NCBI GenBank assembly: GCA_965222605.1
Contig: OZ244960.1
Span: 3,328,001-3,392,000, forward strand
Source: Candidatus Latescibacterota bacterium
Lineage (GTDB): Bacteria; Latescibacterota; UBA2968
Length of the DNA: 64,000 nucleotides
Direction: 5' to 3'
Positions within the stretch are counted from its first letter, which is position 1; each line of letters begins with the position of its first letter. Under the pieces are notes generated by a model. That model did not search any database. It was not told the origin of the DNA and worked only from the letters and a program-made list of their open reading frames with translations. Both the position numbers and the translations under genes were made by a program. Shown here in pieces: positions 1-8,680 of this stretch.

Positions 1-1714
1 GGATGCGCGTTATAAGCCTGTGGTTTCGGCCATGCGACAAATTATTCAAACGGCTGTCGATTCTTTGTCTGAGGAGAATCTTTTGCTGGCGAGAAATGAA
101 GCGCGTAAGATTTTATATCGCACGATAACGAGTCAGACCCGTCTGGCAAATATGATCTCTTCTGGATTCATTCGCACCAATGATCCTGCCCATCGTCTCA
201 AGTGGATGCAGACTCTCGATGAGATTACTGTGGCGGATGTCAAGCGGGTGGCGAAGCAATATCTTTTGGACCAGCCTCCCCACACCTTTGTCCTGTACAC
301 TTCTCCGAAGCGAGTATCATCGTGGCGCGTGTGGCTTTATGTGAGCATTGTGTTGGTTCTCGTGGGCCTGGGGGGATGCTGGTATTGGCGACGGCGAGCA
401 CTTGCAGTTGGATTATTTGCAGTCCTTTGCAATATTTCGGCAGCAGAGGCAGAGATTCCCAATCACAAGCTGTATTACGTGCAAGATGCGCGCGTGCCGC
501 AAACACGGCTTTCAATGGTGTATTATACAGGGGGGGATCTGCGGGAGACAATGGAGACGCGCGGTTTGTCCTTTGCTTTTTTTCGCCTGAATGATTTGGC
601 GTTACACGAGGACGATAAAAAACAGATGGATCGACTTGGCGCAGAGTTCTGGTTCAATATTTCTGACCGATATGTCACCGTTCGCTTGACGGTGTTTAGT
701 GAAAATTTTGAGGCGGCTTTGAGACATCTGAAAGCGATGATGGAAGATCTCAAATTCTCTGAAGAACTGCTGAACAGGGAACGGACGCGGATCATAGACG
801 ATTTTGAGGATTATATTGATGACCGTGGGGTAACAGAGATTTTTCGCTATCATTTGTACAAATACGACAGGGACCGGCGAGAGGGCACGCGCACGGCACT
901 TGAAAATTTGACTGTGGAAGACTTGCAACAATTTTGGGATCAAACCTTGCGCGCAAGAGTCCTTTTTTTTAGAGTGACGTCCGATCTGAGTAAATCGGAA
1001 ATTGAACGCAGTTTGCGCGTGATGACGCATAACCGACCTCGAGATGGTTTTTCGCCACATCTTCGGCCAAGACGCAAAGAGATTAAGGGTATGCGCGCTT
1101 TAATTTATCTAAGTGTCCATCTGGCTAATTTTTGCTATTGGATAACCAATGGCTTGCCCCGCACACACGAGGATTGGTTTGCACAAGTGGTTTTGGTCAA
1201 TGCACTGAACCGCCTGTTGTTCATTCGGCTTCGCGACCAAAAGGGCTGGTGTTATTCGGCTGGCGTGAGTATTGACGAAAGGACGTCGCCGCCAATACTG
1301 CGTTTTTGGGCAGATCCTCGAGATATTCATACCTCTAAGCTTATTCCCGAGATGTTTCGGTTGATTCACCATTGTTTGTCTGAGCCAGATTTTTGGGCGC
1401 AGGTGGAGAAAGGTCGCGAAAGACTCAAGCGGGCGTATCATTTGCAACTCGGTCCGCAGGCCAGGCTCAGTCAGCAGGTGCGCTATGACCGCGATGGGGT
1501 GCCCGTTCTTTCGCTGGAGGAATACGAATCGGCTGTTGATCGGGTGACGAAAGAGGATATTCGCCGCGTTTTCGAAAGAATGTTAAACGGTCAGACCAAA
1601 TTGCCATTGCTGATGCTTATTTACGGGGATGCTGACAGTATTAAGGACGTGTTGAGGCACGAGGATATTAAGGCGAGGACGACGATTTTTGATATCCAAA
1701 CTCTGATTGAGTGA
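1..1714 (+). CDS. M16 (insulinase-family) peptidase-like protein, 5'-partial; two M16 modules joined by a TM + signal-like linker
   Basis: Frame is open back to position 2. Typical M16 C-terminal helices (LDEITVADVKRVAKQYL; LENLTVEDLQQF; VDRVTKEDIRRVF). The second module lacks HxxEH. Confidence 0.75.
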   Translation, partial: DARYKPVVSAMRQIIQTAVDSLSEENLLLARNEARKILYRTITSQTRLANMISSGFIRTNDPAHRLKWMQTLDEITVADVKRVAKQYLLDQPPHTFVLYTSPKRVSSWRVWLYVSIVLVLVGLGGCWYWRRRALAVGLFAVLCNISAAEAEIPNHKLYYVQDARVPQTRLSMVYYTGGDLRETMETRGLSFAFFRLNDLALHEDDKKQMDRLGAEFWFNISDRYVTVRLTVFSENFEAALRHLKAMMEDLKFSEELLNRERTRIIDDFEDYIDDRGVTEIFRYHLYKYDRDRREGTRTALENLTVEDLQQFWDQTLRARVLFFRVTSDLSKSEIERSLRVMTHNRPRDGFSPHLRPRRKEIKGMRALIYLSVHLANFCYWITNGLPRTHEDWFAQVVLVNALNRLLFIRLRDQKGWCYSAGVSIDERTSPPILRFWADPRDIHTSKLIPEMFRLIHHCLSEPDFWAQVEKGRERLKRAYHLQLGPQARLSQQVRYDRDGVPVLSLEEYESAVDRVTKEDIRRVFERMLNGQTKLPLLMLIYGDADSIKDVLRHEDIKARTTIFDIQTLIE

Positions 1715-1737
1715 TGAAATAATTTTCTTTTATACTC

Positions 1738-1766
1738 TTGACCTTATTTTTGAAGTTGGCTATGTT
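1738..1766 (+). promoter_or_regulatory. sigma70-like promoter for small RNA unit 1
   Basis: TTGACC (1738-1743), 17 nt, TATGTT (1761-1766). Confidence 0.55.
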
Positions 1767-1772
1767 CTATAT

Positions 1773-1847
1773 GCCGCGGGTTGCCTCCTATCTCTATTTA
1801 TTACCTCCCTCCCGATAAATAGAGTGCTGTTGGCAGCCCGCTTTTTT
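1773..1847 (+). ncRNA. candidate small RNA 1 (long hairpin, C-rich anti-SD-like loop, U-tract)
   Basis: Stems GCGGGTTGCC/GGCAGCCCGC and CTCTATTTAT/ATAAATAGAG; loop TACCTCCCTCCCG; followed by T6. Confidence 0.55.
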
Positions 1848-1848
1848 A

Positions 1849-1877
1849 TTGACAGGGTTATTTTCGGAATTTATTTT
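1849..1877 (+). promoter_or_regulatory. sigma70-like promoter for small RNA unit 2
   Basis: TTGACA (1849-1854), 17 nt, TATTTT (1872-1877). Confidence 0.55.
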
Positions 1878-1883
1878 GAGTTC

Positions 1884-1934
1884 GCAGTAGAAGCCTTTGA
1901 GGGTGTCGGGAGGGAGCCCTCGAAGGTTTTTTTT
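1884..1934 (+). ncRNA. candidate small RNA 2 (terminator hairpin with G-rich loop complementary to the RNA 1 loop)
   Basis: Stem GCCTTTGAGGGT/GCCCTCGAAGGT, loop GTCGGGAGGGA, T-run. Confidence 0.5.
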
Positions 1935-2006
1935 ATGCTTCACGCGATTGTCAGCGGTTTCCGCTTGGTTGGCAGTCCAATAAGTGAGGAAATGGCGATG
2001 AAGATC

Positions 2007-2031
2007 AACTCCCCGAGTGGGAGTTTTTTTT
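2007..2031 (+). terminator. rho-independent terminator-like hairpin
   Basis: AACTCCC-CGAGT-GGGAGTT followed by T-run. Confidence 0.5.
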
Positions 2032-2034
2032 ATA

Positions 2035-2131
2035 AAAATAAAAAAGAGGCGCCGGTTGGGAGGGTATAACCAACGCCTCAAGGGATGTTGCATGGTAACA
2101 CATTAGACGCATATACGCGGAAAAGAGTTCC
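2035..2131 (-). ncRNA. candidate small RNA 3 with ECF-sigma-type promoter
   Basis: Minus strand GGAAC (2131-2127), N17, CGTCTAA; terminal hairpin GAGGCGTTGGTT-ATACCCTCCC-AACCGGCGCCTC then T6. Confidence 0.55.
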
Positions 2132-2134
2132 AAG

Positions 2135-2240
2135 AAAGAGTAACGGCGTTGACTCAGCCGGGGTATAGGAGTCAACGCCGATATTTTTGCGACACGCTTT
2201 GTCGCATAGACTTTTACGCCGTAAGGGTTGGAAAAGTTCC
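2135..2240 (-). ncRNA. candidate small RNA 4 with ECF-sigma-type promoter
   Basis: Minus strand GGAAC (2240-2236), N17, CGTAAA; hairpins TGCGACA/TGTCGCA and CGGCGTTGACTC-CTATACCCCGGCT-GAGTCAACGCCG. Confidence 0.5.
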
Positions 2241-2323
2241 CGAATGGCGTGATTTTTTATTCGCTCCAGCAAGTGACTGTGTACTTTTATCTCAGAGTAT
2301 TCCGCTATATATTGTTGGGTTAG

Positions 2324-2836
2324 GTGATGGACTGGCAGACGGCAGGTACTTTGCCCTGGCATATTGTGTTGCTGATTGGTGGGGGATTTGCGCTGGCAAG
2401 CGGGTTTAAGGAGTCGGGGTTGTCGCTCTGGTGCGCCCAGCAGTTGGAGAGTCTGGGTAGCGTACATCCTCTATTTTTGGTCGGTGGTTTGTGTGTGATG
2501 ATGACCTTTTTGACTGAGTTGACTTCCAATACGGCGACAGCAGAGATGTTTCTTCCGGTTTTGGCGGCGTTATCTGTGGCTGTGGGTATCAATCCATTGT
2601 TGCTGATGATTCCCGCCACGTTATCGTGCTCTTGTGCGTTTATGTTGCCGGTAGCTACCCCACCCAATGCGATTGTGTTTGGCACGGATAGAATTTCTAT
2701 GCGCGATATGGCGCGTGTGGGCGTGGTGTTGAATGTGGTTGGGGCGGTGATGATTACTGCTGCGATTGCTGTTGTTGGTCGCGTTGTGCTGGGTATTGAA
2801 GTTGGGGTGATGCCCGATTGGGCGAAGATAGAGTAG
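2324..2836 (+). pseudogene. C-terminal fragment of an SLC13/DASS sodium:sulfate/dicarboxylate symporter
   Basis: Motifs LPWHIVLLIGGGFALA, TELTSNTATA, AFMLPVATPPNAIV; only 170 aa, with an in-frame TAG just upstream (2321-2323). Confidence 0.7.
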
Positions 2837-2853
2837 GGGTGCGAGAGGCAGAG

Positions 2854-4629
2854 TCAATCTGCGACCTGCGGCTCGCGGGTTGCAACTCGTGGCAGGATTT
2901 CCCCATTGCGCGTGAGGTCTTGCGCTTGAACCAGGCGCGCATAGAGGCCGCCGCGGTCTATGAGGGAACTGTGGTTGCCCGTTTCGACTACGCGGCCTTC
3001 GTCGAGTACAGCAATGGTGGGTGACCGGCGCACGGTGGATAGGCGGTGGGCGATGACGAGGGTGGTGCGGTTTTGTGTGAGGCGATAAAGGGCTTCCTGG
3101 ATAAGTGCTTCGGTTTCAACGTCAACAGAGGATGTGGCTTCGTCAAGGATGAGGATGGGGGCGTTCTTAAGCAGTGCTCGGGCAATGGAGAGGCGTTGTT
3201 TTTCACCGCCGGACAAGCGCACGCCGCGTTCTCCAACGACGGTGTCATATCCTTTGGGCAGGTCGCGGATAAAGGCATGGGCATTGGCTGCTTGCGCGGC
3301 TTCTCGCACCGTGCGTTCGGTTGCATCTGGATGACCGAAGATCAGATTTTCATATACTGTGCCGTGAAATAAGAAGACGTCTTGAAGGACTGAGGCGATG
3401 TTTTGGCGCACAAAAGAGAGGGGCAGATCGCGCAGGTCATATCCGCCAATGCGAATCGCGCCTTGCTGGGGGTCATAAAATCGGGGTAAGAGGTTGGCAA
3501 GGGTTGATTTGCCCGCTCCCGTAGGTCCGACGAGTGCGAGGATATCTCCTTCGTCAATGTACAGGTTGATGTCGTGCAAGACGGGTGTGTTGGGATCATA
3601 GCCGAAGGTGAGTGCGTCGATGTTGATATCATAGGTGATGGTTTTGGGCACGGCGACACCTGGCACATCGGTAATTTCCGGACGGATGGCGAGGAGTTGA
3701 AAAACGCGGTCTGTGCTGGCGGCGGCTTTTTGAAGGACATCGTTAAAAGATGCCAATTGCAAAAAAGGCTGGTAGATGTGGCCCATATAGACAATAAAGA
3801 CAAATAGATCAGCTACCGAGATGCTGTCATTGAGGGCCATGTTGCCACCGCTCCAGATGACGAATACAATGCCCAATCCGCCTGTGGCTTCGATGATGCC
3901 AGCGGGCAGGAGCGAGACGATGTTGGCTTTGATCAAACGGTCGTGAAAGGTGGCGCTGCGGTGGGTCACCTGGCGGGCGCATTCCCGCTCGCGGGCAAAT
4001 GATTTGATGACGGCAATGCCGGATATGTTATCTTGCACGAGGGCGGCGAGTTCAGAGAGACGCTCGCGCACTGCATGCCACATGGCGCGCACTTTGGATA
4101 CATAGCGATATACGAGAAATGCCGTGAGCGGAATGGGCAATATCGCGATGATGGCGAGTTCTGGATTGAGGTAAAAGAGCACTGCGACCATGGATATGGG
4201 GATAACCGTGGCGAGTGCGGTTTCGGGAATGCCGTGTGCAATAAAGTCTTCGATGGCTTCGATGTCGTTGATGGAGCGGGCCATGAGATTGCCGGTGCGC
4301 TGGCGATTGAAAAAGCTGTGGGATAGGTTTTGCAGGTGCTTATACACGCGCGTCATAAGTGCGTGCATCACGCGATAGGCGGTGACGTGGGAAAAGAAGC
4401 CGTAACCATAACGAGAGACGCCGCGAAGCAGGTAAACCCCAAGTAGTAAGAGGCTGATTTCCATGAGGTCCCCTACGGGTTTTGCTTCGGTGAGCCACTG
4501 GATGAGTTTGCGAATGAGCAATGGTGGGATAAGATTGGCCGCCGCAAAGATAAGTCCACAGGCGATGCAGCAGGCCATAAAGAGACGCCGACCTTCGAGC
4601 AGGTCGTAGATTTGTTTGATAAAGGCCAT
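2854..4629 (-). CDS. ABC exporter, fused permease + ATP-binding (MsbA/MdlB-like)
   Basis: N-terminal TM domain; Walker A GPTGAGKS, signature LSGGEKQR, Walker B ILILDEATS. Confidence 0.95.
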   Translation of the reverse strand: MAFIKQIYDLLEGRRLFMACCIACGLIFAAANLIPPLLIRKLIQWLTEAKPVGDLMEISLLLLGVYLLRGVSRYGYGFFSHVTAYRVMHALMTRVYKHLQNLSHSFFNRQRTGNLMARSINDIEAIEDFIAHGIPETALATVIPISMVAVLFYLNPELAIIAILPIPLTAFLVYRYVSKVRAMWHAVRERLSELAALVQDNISGIAVIKSFARERECARQVTHRSATFHDRLIKANIVSLLPAGIIEATGGLGIVFVIWSGGNMALNDSISVADLFVFIVYMGHIYQPFLQLASFNDVLQKAAASTDRVFQLLAIRPEITDVPGVAVPKTITYDINIDALTFGYDPNTPVLHDINLYIDEGDILALVGPTGAGKSTLANLLPRFYDPQQGAIRIGGYDLRDLPLSFVRQNIASVLQDVFLFHGTVYENLIFGHPDATERTVREAAQAANAHAFIRDLPKGYDTVVGERGVRLSGGEKQRLSIARALLKNAPILILDEATSSVDVETEALIQEALYRLTQNRTTLVIAHRLSTVRRSPTIAVLDEGRVVETGNHSSLIDRGGLYARLVQAQDLTRNGEILPRVATREPQVAD

Positions 4630-4707
4630 AAATTTGTTGTGGTTTGAGGTTTGTTATGGTTGTGGCCCAAACCTATTATCTGATGGCATAGAAGTCAAGA
4701 GAATAGA

Positions 4708-5730
4708 ATGGAGAGAATGACAATGGTGATTAAAACAGAAGAAGAATTGATCGATCAGATGACAACCCCATCACCCGAGGTTGTCGAGGCGGTGTCGAAA
4801 CTGGATGGTCCCGTGATGATTTTGGGCATTGCGGGAAAGATGGGACCGACTTTAGCAGAGTTGGTGCTGCGCGCTGGCGCAGATGAAGTGATTGGTGTGT
4901 CGCGGTTTTCCAATCCGCTGGATCGCGATGATTTGGAAGCGCGGGGTATTGCGACGATCAAGTGCGATTTGCTGGACGATGAGGGTCTGGCGCGGTTGCC
5001 TCGCGTGCCGTATCTGTATTTGATGGCCGGGCATAAGTTTGGGGCAACGGGCAATGAGCCTTTAACCTGGGCGATGAATGCGGTATTGCCCGCAAAAGTT
5101 ATGCGGCGGTTTCCAGATTCGCGCATTGTTTATGTATCTTCTGGGAATGTTTACGAATTTGCTTCGGTGACGGGTTCGGGTGCTCGAGAGGAGGATGCTG
5201 TCAATCCGATTGGCGAATACGCCATGTCCAGGCTGGGCGGTGAACGGCTTGCCGAGTTTTATTGCAAAGAGAATCAAACACCTCTGGCAATTGTGCGTTT
5301 GTTTTACGCGACTGAGTTGCGCTATGGCATTATTTTGGATATTGCCGAAAAAATAAAATCTGAGATGCCTATTGATTTATCTATGGGTCATGTCAACCAG
5401 ATCTGGCAGGGCGATGCCAATGCGTATTTGGCGCAGATGTTTCCGCTTTGTGCATGTCCCGCACGGGTGGTGAATATGACGGGTAGGGATGTGTTGTCGG
5501 TGCGCGATTTGGCTTTGCAAATAGGTGAGCATATCGGTATTGACCCCGTGTTTGAAGGAGAAGAGCGCGAGACGGCACTGTTGGGCGATGCTGGGGTGCT
5601 GATTGAGGAGATGGGTGCGCCGCGGGTTCCGGTTGAAGAAATTGTCTCGTGGGTTGCACACTGGGTTATGAGCGATGGACGCACGCTGGGTAAACCGACA
5701 AAATACGAGTCGAGGACAGGGAAATTTTAA
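4708..5730 (+). CDS. NAD-dependent epimerase/dehydratase family protein
   Basis: Rossmann GIAGKMG, SSGNVY, EYAMSR. Confidence 0.85.
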   Translation: MERMTMVIKTEEELIDQMTTPSPEVVEAVSKLDGPVMILGIAGKMGPTLAELVLRAGADEVIGVSRFSNPLDRDDLEARGIATIKCDLLDDEGLARLPRVPYLYLMAGHKFGATGNEPLTWAMNAVLPAKVMRRFPDSRIVYVSSGNVYEFASVTGSGAREEDAVNPIGEYAMSRLGGERLAEFYCKENQTPLAIVRLFYATELRYGIILDIAEKIKSEMPIDLSMGHVNQIWQGDANAYLAQMFPLCACPARVVNMTGRDVLSVRDLALQIGEHIGIDPVFEGEERETALLGDAGVLIEEMGAPRVPVEEIVSWVAHWVMSDGRTLGKPTKYESRTGKF

Positions 5731-5756
5731 ATCTGTTATTTAAGGAGTAAAGGACC

Positions 5757-7055
5757 ATGATAAAAGCAGGGATTTCAGAGGTGAATATCACGCCGCCAGT
5801 GGGGATTTCGATGTGTGGATTTGCCGGGCGTGAAGGGCCATCTGAGGCGATACACGACGAGTTGTTTGCCAGAGCACTGGTGCTGGATGACGGCAAAACG
5901 CAGGTTGCAATTGTGGGGGCCGATGTGATCAGTTTTGCGCCGGATCTGGTCAATCGAATCCGGGAGCTAATTGAACAGTCAGTCGGGATTCCCGGGGGAC
6001 ATGTTTTGCTCAATGGGTCTCATTCCCATTCGGGACCCTCGGTGATGGCTTTCCGATGTATGGGCGACCGCGATGCAGCTTATGAAGATGTGTTGTGCCG
6101 CAAGATTGTTGGGGCAATTAAAATGGCGGTAGAAGGATTGATACCCGCATTGCTTTCGCAGGGGCGAGCGCCTGTGCGTATTGCGCATAACCGCAGAGAG
6201 ATGCGCGATGGACGCATTGTGCTGGGGCATCACCCCAGAGGTCCCGAAGCACCATGGGTTGATGTGGTGCGCGTGGATACAGCAGGCGGTGTACCTGTGG
6301 CTGTTGTATTTGCGACTGCGGCGCATCCCGTGAATTTGAATACGCTGTCGATCAGTGCAGAGTTTCCAGGATATGCCGCGCAATTTGTGCGGGATAATTT
6401 GGCAATGCCTCTGTTTTTGCAGGGGTGCTGTGGGGATATCAATTGTTCTCCAAAGGACGGGAAATTTGAGGGGTGCGAGTTGCTGGGCTCGCGTCTGGGC
6501 GCGGCAACAGTGACGGCTGCGTTACATGCCGAGAGGCTGGAGGGTGATGAGTTGGCGGTGAATAATCGAGTTGTCGAGTTGCCTCTTATGGTACCCGATG
6601 TCGATGAGGCAGAGAAAGCACTTGTAGATGCCACAGCGAATTTGCAACGCGTGCGAAGGGACAAAAATATAACGCCCTACCGACGTCGCCAACAATACGC
6701 AGGGATGGTCGGGTGGGCAAAAGATTATGTGCAGGCTGCAAGAAGAGGCGGAAGTCCAACGGAGTCGTTTGAGATTCAGACCATGCATATTGGCAATTTG
6801 GCAGTGGTGGGATACCCGGGGGAGATGTTTGTCGATTACCAGTTGTTTTTGGATGATGCTTCTCCTTGTGATAGAACGATTGCACTGGGATATACCAATG
6901 GCTGCATTGGGTATGTTCCTACTGCCGATGCCTATTCTATTGGGGGATACGAAGTCGAACAAGCTTTTAAGTATTATGGAACATTGATGATTGGTGCGGA
7001 GTGTGAAGATATGATTAAAACGACAACGGTTGATATGCTAAAAGAGAAGGCATGA
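5757..7055 (+). CDS. neutral/alkaline ceramidase-like metallohydrolase
   Basis: NITPPVG, SHSHSGP, GCCGD, PGEMF, GYVPT, GGYE motifs. Confidence 0.8.
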   Translation: MIKAGISEVNITPPVGISMCGFAGREGPSEAIHDELFARALVLDDGKTQVAIVGADVISFAPDLVNRIRELIEQSVGIPGGHVLLNGSHSHSGPSVMAFRCMGDRDAAYEDVLCRKIVGAIKMAVEGLIPALLSQGRAPVRIAHNRREMRDGRIVLGHHPRGPEAPWVDVVRVDTAGGVPVAVVFATAAHPVNLNTLSISAEFPGYAAQFVRDNLAMPLFLQGCCGDINCSPKDGKFEGCELLGSRLGAATVTAALHAERLEGDELAVNNRVVELPLMVPDVDEAEKALVDATANLQRVRRDKNITPYRRRQQYAGMVGWAKDYVQAARRGGSPTESFEIQTMHIGNLAVVGYPGEMFVDYQLFLDDASPCDRTIALGYTNGCIGYVPTADAYSIGGYEVEQAFKYYGTLMIGAECEDMIKTTTVDMLKEKA

Positions 7056-7265
7056 GTGCAATAAGTGGCTATATATTGTATAATAACGCATTTGCACCAC
7101 TTGAAATTGTAGAAAGTGCTTGACATGTGACTTGTATATTTATAGATATACTTTTTATGAGGGAATGTTTAGCTATTGGTGGTTCTCTATAAGCGCGGAT
7201 TGTATCCACACCGAAGAGCCACCACATAGCGTCAGGCCAGACCCCAGTAGCCGATTGGAGGCTCA

Positions 7266-8487
7266 ATGTATCGAAAAGTTGCCTATATGTCACCATGTTG
7301 GTCGAAAAGTTGCCTATATGATGTTGGTCGTGCTTTTTCCCCTTTCGGGATACGCGCAATCAGATATCGATATTGATTTTGATGATAACGGCGTTGTTGA
7401 TCTGCAAGATCTTTTGGCATTGACCGAGGCATTTGGTTCAAATCAAGCGCAGTATGATTTGCACCCGGATGGCGTGATTGATATCAAAGATCTTATCATT
7501 TTCGCCAGTGCTTACAATCAGGACGATAACTCTGAACCCGTTTTGCCGATTACCGAGGAGGTCGAGGAGCAAGTAGCTTCTGCTCAGGTCGAATTTTTTG
7601 AGCTTTTGACGTCGAATAGCCGGCCAAATGATCTGGCGATTGACCCTCAAGGGTATATATGGTTTACAGAGATGGGGGCCAATGCAATTGGTCGATTAGA
7701 GCCGCGCACAGATATGATTCGCCGATTTTCTTTGACCACGCCGGGTGCACAGCCACACAGTATTACCCTCGACAGCCAGGGGCACGTCTGGTTTACAGAA
7801 ATTGCCGCCAACCGCATTGGCATGTTAGACCCCTTTTCCGATGATATCCAGGAGTTCACTGTTCCGACTCCGGGCAGTCGGCCAATGAGTTTGAAATTTG
7901 ACGATCAAGGGATGCTCTGGTTTATCGAGAGTGCAGCTGATCGCATTGGCCTGTTGGATCCCGTCGCCGAGACAATAGAAGAATTTTCAATTGGCGAGCA
8001 AGATGTCACGCTCGGTTCGCTTCAGATAGATAATAGTGGGCAGGTCTGGTTCGTCGATCACGAACAAAGCCTGTTGGGTACGCTCGATCCCGATACCGAA
8101 GAGATTACGACCTTATTGCTTCCAAATGGTGGTCTTGCAATTGGGCAAATGGGATTGGATTCACAGGGGAAGGTGTGGTTTACGGATACGGATTCGACAA
8201 GGCTGGGCGTGTTTGATTCCACCACCAGACAATCGCGCTATTTCCGGTTTCCCGAAAAAGTGCAGTCTCCTTATGCTTTGGATGTCGATTCGAATGATCG
8301 CGTTTGGGTGGGTGGACAGTCGTCGGGATGGCTGGTTAGCTTTAGTTTTCAAGATACAACTTTTACGCTCTATGAGATTTCTGATGATGATGTTGATGTC
8401 GAAAACTTGCGCATTGATCGCACAGGTGTAGTCTGGATTATCGATTCAACCGGAAACCGAATTGGGCGTATTGAAACGCCTAATTAA
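7266..8487 (+). pseudogene. secreted Vgb (virginiamycin B lyase)-like beta-propeller with N-terminal dockerin/EF-hand pair; start frameshifted by a 31-bp duplication (alternative in-frame ATG at 7318)
   Basis: Repeated DxxGxxWFTE/xxANRIGxLDP blades; DFDDNGVVDLQD and DLHPDGVIDIKD; RBS GGAGG at 7257-7261 precedes an out-of-frame ATG at 7266. Confidence 0.7.
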
Positions 8488-8553
8488 CTGTTTATCCCAT
8501 CGCCAGAGGAAAATTCGGTTTTAAAGACAAGCAGGGAAGACAAAATTCAGGTT

Positions 8554-8581
8554 AAAGCACCCTTAATACAGGGTGCTTTTT
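8554..8581 (+). terminator. rho-independent terminator
   Basis: AAAGCACCCT-TAATAC-AGGGTGCTTTTT. Confidence 0.7.
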
Positions 8582-8603
8582 ATTTTGTTCGACCAAAAAG
8601 GCG

Positions 8604-8632
8604 TTGACACACCGGATGGGTCATACTACTAT
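8604..8632 (+). promoter_or_regulatory. sigma70-like promoter of the ABC importer operon
   Basis: TTGACA, N17, TACTAT. Confidence 0.55.
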
Positions 8633-8680
8633 AATTTTTACACGCTGAAATTATACAGTAATATACTCAGGTCAACGGTT

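Noticed and set aside
1707-2093. ORFs 1707..2069 (+) and 1794..2093 (-), and a 25-codon ORF from 1992
   Set aside because: They run through several terminator hairpins and T-tracts and show no protein features. A non-coding RNA reading fits better.
7271-7330. Short direct repeats here and at 22130-22197 and 31632-31687 as CRISPR arrays
   Set aside because: Only two copies each, no unique spacers of regular length, and no cas genes.
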